From an uncultured Thermoplasmata archaeon (GTDB lineage: Archaea; Thermoplasmatota; Thermoplasmata; Lutacidiplasmatales; UBA184): a stretch of DNA of 64,000 bases. A program made the position numbers and the translations under genes. Numbering within the stretch: position 1 is the first letter of the stretch; every line of letters begins with the position of its first letter. Location: the NCBI GenBank assembly GCA_963797975.1, contig CAWCRH010000002.1, positions 112,524 through 176,523 on the forward strand. The letters run 5' to 3'. Shown here piece after piece: positions 1 through 9,909 of the stretch. The notes beneath the pieces were generated by a model that did not search any database, had not been told where the DNA came from, and saw only the letters and a list, made by a program, of their open reading frames with translations.

Positions 1-316
1 TCCTCTTCGGGGCTGGCAGGACAATCGAACCGGTCACCCTCGGGGATGAGCGACCCGAACCGCCTAGCCATTCCTGCGGAGTGGGTCGCTTCCGATCGGG
101 GCGCCCTAGATCAAGGTGGCGCGCTCACGTCCGACCGACCACGGGCGGTTCACACGAGCTCTTTGGGGCGCGGGGGCGAGGTCTGAACGGTTCGCCTGGA
201 AAGCTCGTGGCACCCCGGCGAAAGGTCGTCGACGATGGAGGATCCCGGCGCTGCTCTGGGATTCCTCCTCCATGCCTCTCGGTAGCACCCCCCTGGCCAC
301 CAGGGTTTTGGGGGGC

Positions 317-1696
317 TCAAACGGGGTGGCTGTCCGCAACGGGGGCTGAGGTGGAAATTGGTCCGAGGAAGGACTGGGGGGTTCCCCCCTTCAACCGTCG
401 CTCGAGGAACTCCGCGTACCCCGTGAGGTCGAGCAGGCCGTGGCCGGATAGGTTGAACACGATGGTCTTCGCCGTGTGGCTCCGCTTCGCCTCGAGTGCC
501 AGGTCGATGGCCGCCCGGATAGCGTGGGCCGACTCGGGCGCTGGAATGATTCCCTCCGTCAGTGCGAAGAGGCGTCCCGCTTCGAAGCATTCGTCCTGAC
601 CGAGAGCGATCGGGCGAACGATTCCCGTATCGACCAGGGCGCTCAGGGTCGGGGCGCATCCATGATACCGCAGGCCCCCCGCGTGGATTGGCGGGGGCAC
701 AAACGACGAGCCGAGGGTGTACATCTTCAGGAGCGGGGTCATCTGACCCGAGTCACCGAAGTCGTAATCGTACCGGCCTCCGGTCATCGAGGGCACCAAC
801 GTTGGTTCCGCCGCGAGGAACTCCGTCGAGCCGACCCGGCCGCGGAGCCGCTCCCCGATCATCGGATACGCGAACCCGGCGAAGTTGCTCCCCCCCCCAA
901 CGCAACCAATCATGTAGTCGGGGATCAGCTCTGCCTGGGCGAGCTGCTTGATGAGCTCTTGTCCGATGACGCTCTGGTGGAGCAGCACGTGGTTGAGCAC
1001 GCTTCCGAGGGCGTACTTGGTGTTCGGATGCCCCACGGTGAACTCCATCGCCTCGCTGATGGCGATCCCCAGCGATCCGGGATGATCTGGTCGCTCGGCC
1101 AACACACTCCGGCCATATCCGGTGAGAGGGCTCGGGGACGGGGTGACGTCGGCCCCGAACAGACTCATGACGTTCTTGCGGTACGGCTTCTGGTCGTAGC
1201 TCGCCCGGACCATGAATACCTTGCATTGGAGCCCGAAATAGGCGGATGCGAAGGCTAGCGCCGAGCCCCACTGCCCCGCCCCGGTCTCCGTGGCCAGCTG
1301 TTCCACGCCCTCGCGGGCGTTGTAGTACGCCTGGGCGAACGCAGTGTTGGGCTTGTGGCTCCCAGTGGGGCTCAGATCCTCCCGCTTGAAGTAGATCTTC
1401 GCTGGCGTCTTCAGGTATGACTCAAGGTGATTCGCGCGCTGCAAGGGCGTTGGCCGATTCAAGAGCGTGTAAGCCTCCCGGACCTCTTCAGGGATACTGA
1501 TAAACCGGTCCATGGAGACCTCCTGTCGGATGAGCTCCTTCGCGAACACCCTGGCCAGGTCGTCAGGCCCGATCGGGGCCCGGGTCGACGGGTTGAGGGG
1601 TGGGGGGAGAGGACTGCTGAGATCCGGGACCAGGTTGTACCATTGCTTCGGGAGCTCTTCAGGGTCCAGCAGAATCCTCTCGGTCCGCACCGCCAC
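317..1696 (-). CDS. trpB: TrpB2-type tryptophan synthase beta-like PLP enzyme
   Basis: 459-aa ORF. PLP-lysine motif [12 protein letters not shown] and glycine loop [11 protein letters not shown]. The length and N-terminal extension are typical of the TrpB2 subgroup. Confidence 0.85.
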   Translation of the reverse strand: MAVRTERILLDPEELPKQWYNLVPDLSSPLPPPLNPSTRAPIGPDDLARVFAKELIRQEVSMDRFISIPEEVREAYTLLNRPTPLQRANHLESYLKTPAKIYFKREDLSPTGSHKPNTAFAQAYYNAREGVEQLATETGAGQWGSALAFASAYFGLQCKVFMVRASYDQKPYRKNVMSLFGADVTPSPSPLTGYGRSVLAERPDHPGSLGIAISEAMEFTVGHPNTKYALGSVLNHVLLHQSVIGQELIKQLAQAELIPDYMIGCVGGGSNFAGFAYPMIGERLRGRVGSTEFLAAEPTLVPSMTGGRYDYDFGDSGQMTPLLKMYTLGSSFVPPPIHAGGLRYHGCAPTLSALVDTGIVRPIALGQDECFEAGRLFALTEGIIPAPESAHAIRAAIDLALEAKRSHTAKTIVFNLSGHGLLDLTGYAEFLERRLKGGTPQSFLGPISTSAPVADSHPV

Positions 1697-1822
1697 ACCA
1701 CCGCTGCGTGGGGAGGCGCTCGCCCTACTTCAGTGCTGTGTCACCAACGCTGAGGTTGACATGGAAGGTAATGCCAACCCTTTGGTTGATATGGGCGCTC
1801 AGGAGCCCGACGATCGGAGCGG

Positions 1823-2512
1823 TCAATCGGGAATGGGGGCCGCGACCACCCCGGACATCGGCCGGTACACGAACGCAGTCGTGGCCGTCGAAAGCTTGTG
1901 CAGGGCTCGGATTCGGAGGAGGATGAGATACGGATCGAACAGGAGCTTCTCGATCGGGTCCCATAGCATCACCCAGGCAACAGTGATGACGACGAGATAC
2001 AGGGCCGTCGTGAGGAAGGGAGGTCCGCCCAATAGTGGCGAGTTGGCGGAGAGCACTCCCGCGATGAGGGCCGCGACAACGACCACTGGGATCGCGAACC
2101 AGAGCGAGCCTAACCCCTCAGTTCTGTTCACTCTATTCTCGAGCGCGGCCAGATCGGCCTCGTTGGCGAAGAAGCTACTCATCTGTGCTCGGATGCTCGC
2201 CTCCTCCTCCGGGGGGAGCGGTAGGGCCGTGAACGCGACGGTGAGCTCGAGACTCGGCTTCCGACGGTCCTGGCGAACAGAATTGAGCAAGAACCTTGCG
2301 ACCGCAGCGTTCAGCATCGGTCCGCTGTGCGGATAGCTCGGCGGGGCGTCCCGATCGAACAAAGAGTCGAGGTCCTTCAACTCTACCTGGACCTTCCCCG
2401 GTGACCTCTCGAAGTGCACGATCGGTTCCCCGTTGAGCCGGGCGTGTTGTTCGACCTCCAACGCCGGGTCGTGCTGGGCTAGGGTCGCACGCACAGCAGG
2501 TACGACGGCCAT
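1823..2512 (-). CDS. hypothetical protein with C-terminal hydrophobic segments
   Basis: 229-aa ORF. Soluble-looking N-terminal half followed by two hydrophobic stretches (LWFAIPVVVVAALIAGVL, LTTALYLVVITVAWVMLW). No family recognised. Confidence 0.55.
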   Translation of the reverse strand: MAVVPAVRATLAQHDPALEVEQHARLNGEPIVHFERSPGKVQVELKDLDSLFDRDAPPSYPHSGPMLNAAVARFLLNSVRQDRRKPSLELTVAFTALPLPPEEEASIRAQMSSFFANEADLAALENRVNRTEGLGSLWFAIPVVVVAALIAGVLSANSPLLGGPPFLTTALYLVVITVAWVMLWDPIEKLLFDPYLILLRIRALHKLSTATTAFVYRPMSGVVAAPIPD

Positions 2513-2780
2513 CGTCGGTTGTTACGGTGGTTAGCGACCCCGGGCCCGTCCCTTCCGATTCGTTCGGTCCGAGCAGGGCATTGCCAGCCCGGAAACCGAG
2601 CCGTGCGATGGGATCAAGAGGGTTGACGTCAACAAGAGGAGGCCGAGGAGGAACGGACGCGTTACGGGCAAGATCCCTCGGCCACGACGAGGCATTGCCG
2701 CACTCCGAGCTGATGAGACGGGAGCTCCGTGCTCTCCGGTTGGCCCAACCTACTCCGACCTACCGGTCGTGGCCCGCAAG

Positions 2781-2787
2781 TTATATT
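2781..2787 (+). promoter_or_regulatory. TATA-like box (TTATATT)
   Basis: Isolated AT-rich heptamer in GC-rich intergenic DNA, 26-32 nt upstream of ATG 2813. Confidence 0.4.
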
Positions 2788-2812
2788 CACACCCCTCCAA
2801 GCTCGGTGGAGA

Positions 2813-3862
2813 ATGGAGTCACTGCCGGGCCGTGGGTTGCAGTTGGACTGCCATCGCAGTCGCTTTCACGAGGGAGCGGCTCTCGGATGGCGCGGGAGTC
2901 TCGATTCTGGGACCGGAGGGTGCCGGGGACGAATTCGGAGCGTATTTATCGCCGTTCCACGTCCGCTCCTCTCCCGCGAAGTCCCATCTCGGCCGGGGCG
3001 CGAGACCAACGTTGAGCGTTTTCTGCTGCGAAACAAAGGCGGAGGCGCTCCGGAAGGTAGCATCGTGGGCGGGCTAGCACTTACCATGGACGCCCCGCCA
3101 CCCGCAACCCTGCCACGCTGGCGGAGGCTTCTGGTGCCCCGAATTACGTCGGAGTGCCACGCGATTCAGGCGCTCGTCACCGGCTTCTTGATGGAGGCTG
3201 GCACCGAGATCTACCAGTTCGTAACGACGGTCCGCTCCACGAGCACGTCGCCGGCCGGGTACTACCTGAGCCTCGCCACCACCCTGGTCGGGTTCTACTT
3301 TCTCTGGCGAGGGCTCCACGAATGGAACCGGCTGGAACCCCGCTTCCCCAAGTGCGCCGGTCCGCGACGCATCCCGTGGGAATCGATCCAGATGCTGGTC
3401 GGGGGGATCATCGCCACGGGCCTGCTTAACATTGCACTAGGCACCGTCGGGGGCGGCGATACACCGCCGCTCCTAGTTTGGGTCGTCGGAGGCGTCATGG
3501 TCCTCGCCTTCGGCTCATTCTTCCTACTGCTGCGGCGGATGGTCGCCCCGTTACAGAGTCCAACGGGGAGGGCGATCGGCTGGGCGTCGTTCGCCTGGTC
3601 GCTTGCCGTCTCCGTCATCGCCGGACTCGCCCTTGGCCAGGTGATCGTGGGCCTTTTCGTCGATTTCTTCACCAGCTGGCCGGCTCTGATCCTAGACCTG
3701 GCACCGTTCATTTTCGCGACGGCCCCGCTGTTCGTCACCTTCAGCCTCCTGGCAGTCGCGTACGGAGAGGCCTGCCGCAGGGCCTCCCGAAGCGGGGTTT
3801 CCGCGCGGAGTGACCGCCGGACTCGCGCCTCCTCCATGGAAGGCCCGCCTCAAGTTCCCTAG
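2813..3862 (+). CDS. polytopic membrane protein, unknown family (start uncertain; alternative ATG 3086)
   Basis: Lies in track ORF 2729..3862. ATG 2813 has leaderless-type spacing to the TATA-like box. The hydrophobic body with several TM-like segments begins after ATG 3086. The segment 2813-3085 is Arg/Gly-rich and less protein-like. Confidence 0.55.
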   Translation: MESLPGRGLQLDCHRSRFHEGAALGWRGSLDSGTGGCRGRIRSVFIAVPRPLLSREVPSRPGRETNVERFLLRNKGGGAPEGSIVGGLALTMDAPPPATLPRWRRLLVPRITSECHAIQALVTGFLMEAGTEIYQFVTTVRSTSTSPAGYYLSLATTLVGFYFLWRGLHEWNRLEPRFPKCAGPRRIPWESIQMLVGGIIATGLLNIALGTVGGGDTPPLLVWVVGGVMVLAFGSFFLLLRRMVAPLQSPTGRAIGWASFAWSLAVSVIAGLALGQVIVGLFVDFFTSWPALILDLAPFIFATAPLFVTFSLLAVAYGEACRRASRSGVSARSDRRTRASSMEGPPQVP

Positions 3863-3898
3863 GTCGGAGACAGCCCCGTCCCCGCGCGCGGCGGAGGG

Positions 3899-3909
3899 TT
3901 TATTCTATT
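3899..3909 (+). terminator. T/A-rich tract TTTATTCTATT (oligo-T terminator-like, or a TATA box for the MFS gene)
   Basis: Lies 37 nt after the stop codon at 3860-3862, in otherwise GC-rich DNA. Archaeal terminators are T-tracts. The assignment is inferential. Confidence 0.3.
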
Positions 3910-4011
3910 GAGCCCGCCGTGGCTTCTCACCCCTCGTCATGAGTTCGAACCAAATCGACCCGGTCACCGCGACGCGTGCGTACGCTATCTAAAGCGTCTT
4001 AATCGCCGGGC

Positions 4012-5211
4012 GTGGTCCGTCGCGAACTCCTTTCGCTCTCCCTGTACTCTCTCTTCGCGAGCAACCGTGCCGGGCTCTTCATCGTCTTTCTACCCATCTA
4101 TCTGGTTGAGGTGAAAGGGGCAACCCTTCCCGTTGCCCTGACCATCCTCACCCTGGCGTACGTTCCCGCGGCGCTCCTCGGGCCAGTGGTCGGCCGCATC
4201 TCCGATCGAGTTGGGCGGCGAAAGGTGTTCCTGGTCGTCGGCGAGGTGATGGCCTTTCCTTTGTTCATCGCGATCATCTTCGCTCCCGGCTGGGAACTCT
4301 CGGGGGCGTTGTTCATCGCGGCCGAGCTGGCCCTCGCGATCGGCAGCCCTTCCTACAATGCCTACATCGCCGACGTAAGCCACGCCCACGAGCGGGGCGA
4401 GGGGTACGGCTTGCTCAATGCGACGTCCAATGCGGGCGCGGCCGCCGGGTTCGTTGGAGCGGGGGTTGTGACCTACTTCTACGGACTCAACGCGCTCTTC
4501 CCGTTCGTCGTCGCGGTCATGGTCGGCACCCTCATGGTGGTCATTTTCCTCGTACCGGAGGTCCAGGTGCTGCCCACGCCGATGAGACGCCCGTGGCGGG
4601 AGATGGCGCCCGTCGCGAGATTCTCGTTCGCGGTCTCCATCCGGGCGATCGGGAGCGGTGCGGTCGCCACGTTCTATGGATACCTCGCCTACAGCTTGGG
4701 TGCGAACGACTTTGAGGTAAGCCTGGTCGCGATCGCGGCGCTGGTCACCGCCGCTCTCGTTTCGCTCCCGCTGGGGCGCATGATCGACCGGCGCGGATCG
4801 ATTCGGGGAATCTGGTACGGCACTGCGCTCACTCTCGCTTCGTACGGGATCTTCCTCGTCTCGACTAGCTGGGCGGAGATCCTTCCCGCCACCTCGGTGC
4901 GGAGCGCCGGCCTCTCGTTGATCGGACCGGGCATGCAGGTCTGGGTGACTCACGCAGCCCCGGAGGGCCACCGGGCGGAGTACCTCGGATTCTTCGCTCT
5001 GATCAACTCGACGATGTGGAGTGTGGGGCCTCTGGTCGGGGCTGTCGCCATCGAGGTGTCCGGCTACACGGGCCTCTTCGTCATGGCGATCGCCACGACG
5101 GTCATTTCCCTCATCGTCATGGAATTCTACTACGGGGAGATGGGAATCCGGGCACGCCTCGGCGGACAAGGGCGTGGACCCTCGTTGCCGGGGGCTGGGG
5201 TTACACCGTAG
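4012..5211 (+). CDS. MFS transporter
   Basis: 399-aa ORF with GTG start. About 12 hydrophobic segments and the MFS loop 2-3 motif GRISDRVGRRK. Confidence 0.85.
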   Translation: MVRRELLSLSLYSLFASNRAGLFIVFLPIYLVEVKGATLPVALTILTLAYVPAALLGPVVGRISDRVGRRKVFLVVGEVMAFPLFIAIIFAPGWELSGALFIAAELALAIGSPSYNAYIADVSHAHERGEGYGLLNATSNAGAAAGFVGAGVVTYFYGLNALFPFVVAVMVGTLMVVIFLVPEVQVLPTPMRRPWREMAPVARFSFAVSIRAIGSGAVATFYGYLAYSLGANDFEVSLVAIAALVTAALVSLPLGRMIDRRGSIRGIWYGTALTLASYGIFLVSTSWAEILPATSVRSAGLSLIGPGMQVWVTHAAPEGHRAEYLGFFALINSTMWSVGPLVGAVAIEVSGYTGLFVMAIATTVISLIVMEFYYGEMGIRARLGGQGRGPSLPGAGVTP

Positions 5212-5236
5212 CCAGGCGTCGAGCGGGACCCATGCG

Positions 5237-7156
5237 TTAGCGTCGCGGCCCGTTGGCTCGTCTCCCGTGGGTCCCGCCGGCACTCTCCGAGGAATCCCCC
5301 ACGAACCGCTCTACGATCATGAGGTGTCGCAGCATCGACATCTTCTTCGATTGGTGCGATTGCATACGGTGAAGGATGCTGTTCAAGGCATGGACGGCCT
5401 CGACCACATGCGGACCTTTGTTCAGCATGACGCACTCGGCCCGCTCACCCATCGCGGCATCCGTCACCTCGGCTCGGGTCGGTAGCCCGGTCTTAGTGAG
5501 CCCCTCCAGCACCTGTGTCGCCCAGATCGCCGGCAGGTGCGCCGCCTCGCACAACCATAGGATCTCCTCCTGAACTTCGGAAAGGCGCTCGAAGCCGACT
5601 TCGACCGCCAGGTCTCCGCGGGCGATCATCACACCGACGGGCGGTTGACGAAGGCTGGCAAGGAGGAGCCCGGGCAGCTCTTCGAAGGCACGGCGTGTCT
5701 CGACCTTCAGGAGAATGCCCATGCGCGGTCGGCCCAGACGAGCGAGCTCTGCACGGAGGTCGGCGATGTCGCTCGGCCGGTGGACGAAGGAGTAGCCGAC
5801 CGTGTCCGCGTGCCGAGCGACAAAACGAAGGTCCTCCCGGTCCTTTCGGGTGAGTGGGGGAAGGTCGAGGGCGGTCTCTGGCAGGTTGATCCCCTTGTCC
5901 GCCCCGAGCCATGCCCCCGTGGGGGGGGCGTGCGTCACCTCCAGGAGGAGGCGATTCATGTTCGCTGAGCGTACGACCCCTCCGATCCGACCATCATCAA
6001 GCCAGATCGGTTCGCCCGGATGCACGAATCGAAACGCCTCGGGGAGGGTGCACGCGATGCGGGCAGGTCGAGTCGCTCGGCCACGGCGGTTCCGCTGGGC
6101 CTCCGCTCCGGGATCGGGACGCGCGGTCATGGTCAGACGGTCCCCGATGCCCAACCGGATGCGTTGCTCCACGGCAGGGAGCGGCCCGACGCGCGTAGCA
6201 TCCGCGCGTCCGTTGTCCCGTCGGGCAATGAGTCGAGTGCCGGCCGTAACATACGCTGTCTTCTCGAGACTGGCCCGGAGGAACTGAGGAACGACGTCAA
6301 GGACGCGGAGCGAGCGTCGCGCGCCCCGCGCATCCGTGAACCGGATCCGCTCTCCGCGCCCTCGTCGCCGAAGCCACCCGCGCTGCACTAGCAAGGCCGG
6401 ACCGGCCGGAACCTTCGCCCGCGGAGGGCCGGGTGGGATGAGCCAAACGACGGCGGGCCCGGTTACCCGACCCAGTTTATCGCGACTCGGCCGCACCTTG
6501 ACGACCGACGGCCCGGGGCGCATAGGCCCTGTACGGATTTTCGGTCCTGCCAGGTCCATGTCGATCCAGCAACGTCGGTGGAGGGCCCGCTCGGCCCGGT
6601 GGATATGAGCGATCATCCGAGACCACGCAGGCGGGTCGTCGTGTGCGCAGTTGATCCGTGCAGAATCCATTCCCGCCCGCATCAGTTCGTGGACGAGTCG
6701 ATAGTCCACCGCTGCTTCGGAGGGCATGGTAACCATGATCCGCACGGTCCGTCCTCGACGAGTCGGACCGAGGACGGTCTGGGCGTTCCGTTCAAGGACC
6801 TCTCGCCCCCGAACCGGGTCCACGCCGCTGGCAGTCGACCGTTCGCCGAGCGGGGGGGCCTCGTGCTCGCGGAGCCAGGCGAGGACCGTATCTAGAGTAT
6901 AGAGCACGTGGCTCTCCGAGCGTCCGAGCGAGGAGAGGGCCCATTTTGCAAGGTGGGTCTGATCTCGTCGGAGGTCGAACCGGCGGAATGCGAGATAGTG
7001 GAGAAGGTTCCGGGCACTATCGCGTCGCGCACCGAAGGAGGCGAGGTCGACCGAGCTCTCGAGGGCGAGAAGGCTCGCTCGTACCTCCTCGAGGTGGCTT
7101 ACCACGGAGCGGACCGCCCGCGCTTCCCGACCGGGTTGCAGTTCCCTCACGGCCAT
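5237..7156 (-). CDS. pyruvate kinase family protein, atypical architecture
   Basis: 639 aa. PK core motifs present: ARINCAHD, DLAGPKIRTG, INLPETALDLPPLTRKDREDL, LKVETRRA, MIARGDLAVEVG, ATQVLEGL..PTRAEVTDAA. It also has a long N-terminal extension, an enlarged lid region and no C-terminal domain. Confidence 0.75.
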   Translation of the reverse strand: MAVRELQPGREARAVRSVVSHLEEVRASLLALESSVDLASFGARRDSARNLLHYLAFRRFDLRRDQTHLAKWALSSLGRSESHVLYTLDTVLAWLREHEAPPLGERSTASGVDPVRGREVLERNAQTVLGPTRRGRTVRIMVTMPSEAAVDYRLVHELMRAGMDSARINCAHDDPPAWSRMIAHIHRAERALHRRCWIDMDLAGPKIRTGPMRPGPSVVKVRPSRDKLGRVTGPAVVWLIPPGPPRAKVPAGPALLVQRGWLRRRGRGERIRFTDARGARRSLRVLDVVPQFLRASLEKTAYVTAGTRLIARRDNGRADATRVGPLPAVEQRIRLGIGDRLTMTARPDPGAEAQRNRRGRATRPARIACTLPEAFRFVHPGEPIWLDDGRIGGVVRSANMNRLLLEVTHAPPTGAWLGADKGINLPETALDLPPLTRKDREDLRFVARHADTVGYSFVHRPSDIADLRAELARLGRPRMGILLKVETRRAFEELPGLLLASLRQPPVGVMIARGDLAVEVGFERLSEVQEEILWLCEAAHLPAIWATQVLEGLTKTGLPTRAEVTDAAMGERAECVMLNKGPHVVEAVHALNSILHRMQSHQSKKMSMLRHLMIVERFVGDSSESAGGTHGRRANGPRR

Positions 7157-7390
7157 CGGCCCCCTCGGAGCCGAGCGGTCTCTCAGTTATAGCCTGAAGA
7201 GGGGGACGGGTCGAGTTCGCGTTCGCGGGTAGCTCTTCCGGACGGTCACATCCTCGGAGCGGTACGCCGCCTGTGCCCAGCCTCTCCGGTTGAATATGGC
7301 GGGAACCGGAACCCGCCGGAGGGAGGGGGACGCAAACACCCTTAGAGCACGGTGGGGTACACCGGGGCACGGTCGGCATCCGACCCACCT

Positions 7391-8053
7391 ATGCACGAAA
7401 GGACGGCGAACCTGAAGGACCGCCACGCGGCCGGCGTCCAGCTAGGTGAACGCTTGCGGCACCTCCAACCCGCGTCCCCGCTGGTGCTGGCCCTGCCTCG
7501 AGGCGGGGTTCCCGTGGGGTTCGAGATCGCTCGCCGTCTCGCTGCGCCTCTGGACGTGCTCATCGTCCGGAAGATCGGTGCTCCCGACAGTCCCGAGTAC
7601 GGACTGGGAGCGATGGTCGAGGATGGGGCGTACTCGCTAGACGATGATCGGGTTCGAGAAGGTGGTTACTCCTCTTCCCAGCTCAAGCCGGTGATCGAGC
7701 GAGAGCGCAAGGAGACCGAACGGCGGACGAGGGTCTACCGGTCCGTTCGACCGTGGATCGAACGGAGGGGGCGAACGGTGATCGTCGTCGATGATGGGGC
7801 GGCAACGGGGGGGAGCCTTCTGATGGCCCTGCGTTCCGTTCGATCGCAAGGGGCTCGGCGAGTCGTGGCCGCCCTCGGTGTAGCCCCTCCCGATACCTGT
7901 CTCCGCCTCGAGCGGGAGACCGATGAGCTCGTCGTGCTCTATCGGCCCACGAATTTCTACGCAGTCGGTCAGTTCTACGACCATTTTGACCCGGTGGAGG
8001 ATGCCGAAGTTCTGGAGCTTCTTCGGCGGTCCGCGACCCCGCCCTCCCCATAG
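7391..8053 (+). CDS. phosphoribosyltransferase-family protein
   Basis: PRPP-binding loop VIVVDDGAATGGS and N-terminal LALPRGGVPVG. ATG 7391 chosen inside track ORF 7352..8053. Confidence 0.8.
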   Translation: MHERTANLKDRHAAGVQLGERLRHLQPASPLVLALPRGGVPVGFEIARRLAAPLDVLIVRKIGAPDSPEYGLGAMVEDGAYSLDDDRVREGGYSSSQLKPVIERERKETERRTRVYRSVRPWIERRGRTVIVVDDGAATGGSLLMALRSVRSQGARRVVAALGVAPPDTCLRLERETDELVVLYRPTNFYAVGQFYDHFDPVEDAEVLELLRRSATPPSP

Positions 8054-8230
8054 AGCACCCGCCCGCCGGCGGACCATGGAGATGGCGTGGAGCCCGGAAT
8101 GCGCCGCGCTTCTTCGCGCCGCGGCGAAGCGGGACCAGCGACCGGAAGGACGGACTGGATAGGGATTGGTTAGTGCGCGGAACGGAAAAGAGAATCCACC
8201 TCACTCTCCGGAGGTCGGAGGGGAGAATCG

Positions 8231-8770
8231 ATGGTCGACCTCGAGGATCTGACGCTATGGACGGCCGTGGCCACGTGGGGGCTGGCCGTCGGGACCGTAG
8301 TCCTGCTGTATTGGCAGACGCGCCAGTCCCACCGGCTCAATTCTGCCAACGCCGTCATGCAGCAGAGGGAGCGATTCGACTCACCGCGGATGCGGCGAGC
8401 CCGCCGCGATCTCGCGGCCGGCTGGTTGAGCGGCCAGTTGGACGACATCACCAGCCTCGAGGTCCTAACGTTCCTCGAGCTCATGGGAGCCCAGACGGCG
8501 AGCGGCATCTTGGACGAGACGATGGTCTGGGAAGCCTTCGGCGGGTGGGTCACGAGCTACTTCTGGGCGATGCGCCACCCCGAGGACCGCATCGGGCAGT
8601 TGCGTCGAGATAGCCATGACCCACTCGTGTTCTTCCGTTTCGAGTGGCTGAACGACCGGGTTCGGTCGATCGACCAGCGGGAGCTGGGGGATCACTTGGA
8701 GAAGGGAATCGAGGAAGGGGCGGACAGCCGTCAGTTCTTGCTACGGGAGTCCAAGCTCGCCATGGACTAG
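8231..8770 (+). CDS. hypothetical N-terminally membrane-anchored protein
   Basis: 179-aa ORF with one N-terminal hydrophobic helix (LWTAVATWGLAVGTVVLLYW). GGAGG-like sequence upstream. Reminiscent of DUF4760-type proteins from memory only, unverified. Confidence 0.55.
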   Translation: MVDLEDLTLWTAVATWGLAVGTVVLLYWQTRQSHRLNSANAVMQQRERFDSPRMRRARRDLAAGWLSGQLDDITSLEVLTFLELMGAQTASGILDETMVWEAFGGWVTSYFWAMRHPEDRIGQLRRDSHDPLVFFRFEWLNDRVRSIDQRELGDHLEKGIEEGADSRQFLLRESKLAMD

Positions 8771-8802
8771 GCCGGTCCCTCCACCGGGCTCAATGAGCTC
8801 TC

Positions 8803-9909
8803 CTACGAAGGGACGGCCGGCTCTTGTTGAGTAGAGCAGTGGATGGTTCCGAGGCCCCAGACCAGGTCTCGGGAAGCGATGCCCACCACCGTTCGGCCTG
8901 GGAACGTATGGGAGAGGGTCGCTATCGCTTCGGAATCCGCAGGGTCGTCGAATGTCGGAACCAACACGACCCGGTTCGCGATGTAAAAGTTGGCGTAGCT
9001 CGCGGGGAGAATCTGGCCCCGGAACCGAACGGGCTCTGGGCTCGGTAGCTCCACCAACTTGAGCTTGCGTCCCAGGGTGTCACGGTGCCGTTGGAGGAGC
9101 GCAAGGTTCTGAGCCAATGCGTGTCGATTCGGGTCCCGCCGGCCGTGGGCCACGACCGTGGCCACCGTGCCCGGGCCGACGAACCGTGCGACGTCATCGA
9201 CGTGACCGTGCGTGTCGTCCCCCTTCATCCCGTACGCAAGCCATATGACATGGTCCACGCGAAGCTGCTCGTGAAAAACGCGAATGAGGTCATTGCGGAT
9301 CAAGCGAGGGTTGCGAGCCTGAGGGGAGCGCAACAGGCATTCCTCAGTCGTGAGCAGGCTTCCGCGTCCGTTCACGTCGAAGGCGCCGCCTTCCAACACC
9401 ACCCACTCCCCCTTCTGGGCCGGACACCAGCGCGGGACGCGTAGGTAGGCAGCGACGCGCTCAGGCAAGTGTCGATCGTTCGAGAAGTTGTCATACTTAG
9501 CCCACCCATTGAACCTCCAGTGGACCGCACCGAGCGATGGAAGTCCCTCCCTCGCACGGTCGCGTCGCAGAAACGTAGGACCGCTGTCCCGCGTCCAGCT
9601 GCGGTCGGTCTTCCATGAATGGAAGCGTACCCGATCCATCGGGACGTCGGAGCGCTCGAGGACCGCCCGTGCCTTCGTCAACGCGCGCCGTCCCTGGACG
9701 ACGATCTCGGCCACCTCGCCCCGTGTCACCCAACGAACGATCTCGGCGAACACCCACGGGATAGCGGAGAACTTCCCGGGCCAATCCGAAGGTTCGTGCG
9801 GCCAGGCGAGCCACGTGGCCCGGTGGGGCTCCCATTCGGCCGGCATCCGGTAGCCGAGCGCGCGGGGAGACCCCGATGGGGTCGTTCGAGCCCGTCCCGT
9901 GTCCCTCAC
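8803..9909 (-). CDS. aguA: agmatine deiminase
   Basis: N-terminal YRMPAEWEPH and C-terminal catalytic-Cys motif GTIHCSTQQEP. GTGA start/stop overlap with the upstream gene. Confidence 0.88.
   Translation of the reverse strand: MRDTGRARTTPSGSPRALGYRMPAEWEPHRATWLAWPHEPSDWPGKFSAIPWVFAEIVRWVTRGEVAEIVVQGRRALTKARAVLERSDVPMDRVRFHSWKTDRSWTRDSGPTFLRRDRAREGLPSLGAVHWRFNGWAKYDNFSNDRHLPERVAAYLRVPRWCPAQKGEWVVLEGGAFDVNGRGSLLTTEECLLRSPQARNPRLIRNDLIRVFHEQLRVDHVIWLAYGMKGDDTHGHVDDVARFVGPGTVATVVAHGRRDPNRHALAQNLALLQRHRDTLGRKLKLVELPSPEPVRFRGQILPASYANFYIANRVVLVPTFDDPADSEAIATLSHTFPGRTVVGIASRDLVWGLGTIHCSTQQEPAVPS

Noticed and set aside
1-110. GGTTCGATT (minus strand, about 23-31) looked like a tRNA T-loop at the window edge.
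   Set aside because: The flanking bases cannot form a T-stem or acceptor stem, and no cloverleaf is possible.
3050-3062. CCGGAAGGTAGCA on the plus strand closely resembles the SRP RNA domain IV (helix 8) hallmark ..CCGGAAGG.AGCA.. It lies in the long upstream region 2513-3085, raising the idea of a 7S/SRP RNA gene.
   Set aside because: The 5' flank does not provide the expected pairing and AGG symmetric-loop arrangement, because GGAGGCGCUCC cannot close the GGAA loop properly. I could not find a complementary helix-5 partner. An archaeal 7S RNA would have to extend about 100 nt into the membrane-protein gene. A covariance-model scan would settle it.
4090-5283. Very long antisense or alternative-frame ORFs. 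Examples are 4090..5283 (-), 12008..12766 (-), 33172..34539 (+), 39208..40137 (-), 43363..44454 (-) and 48435..49625 (-), each 250-455 aa and opposite or overlapping well-supported genes.
   Set aside because: Their translations are Arg/Pro/Gly/Asp-rich and low in complexity, with no recognisable motifs. They lie over genes with clear family signatures. Long stop-free shadow frames are expected in DNA this GC-rich.
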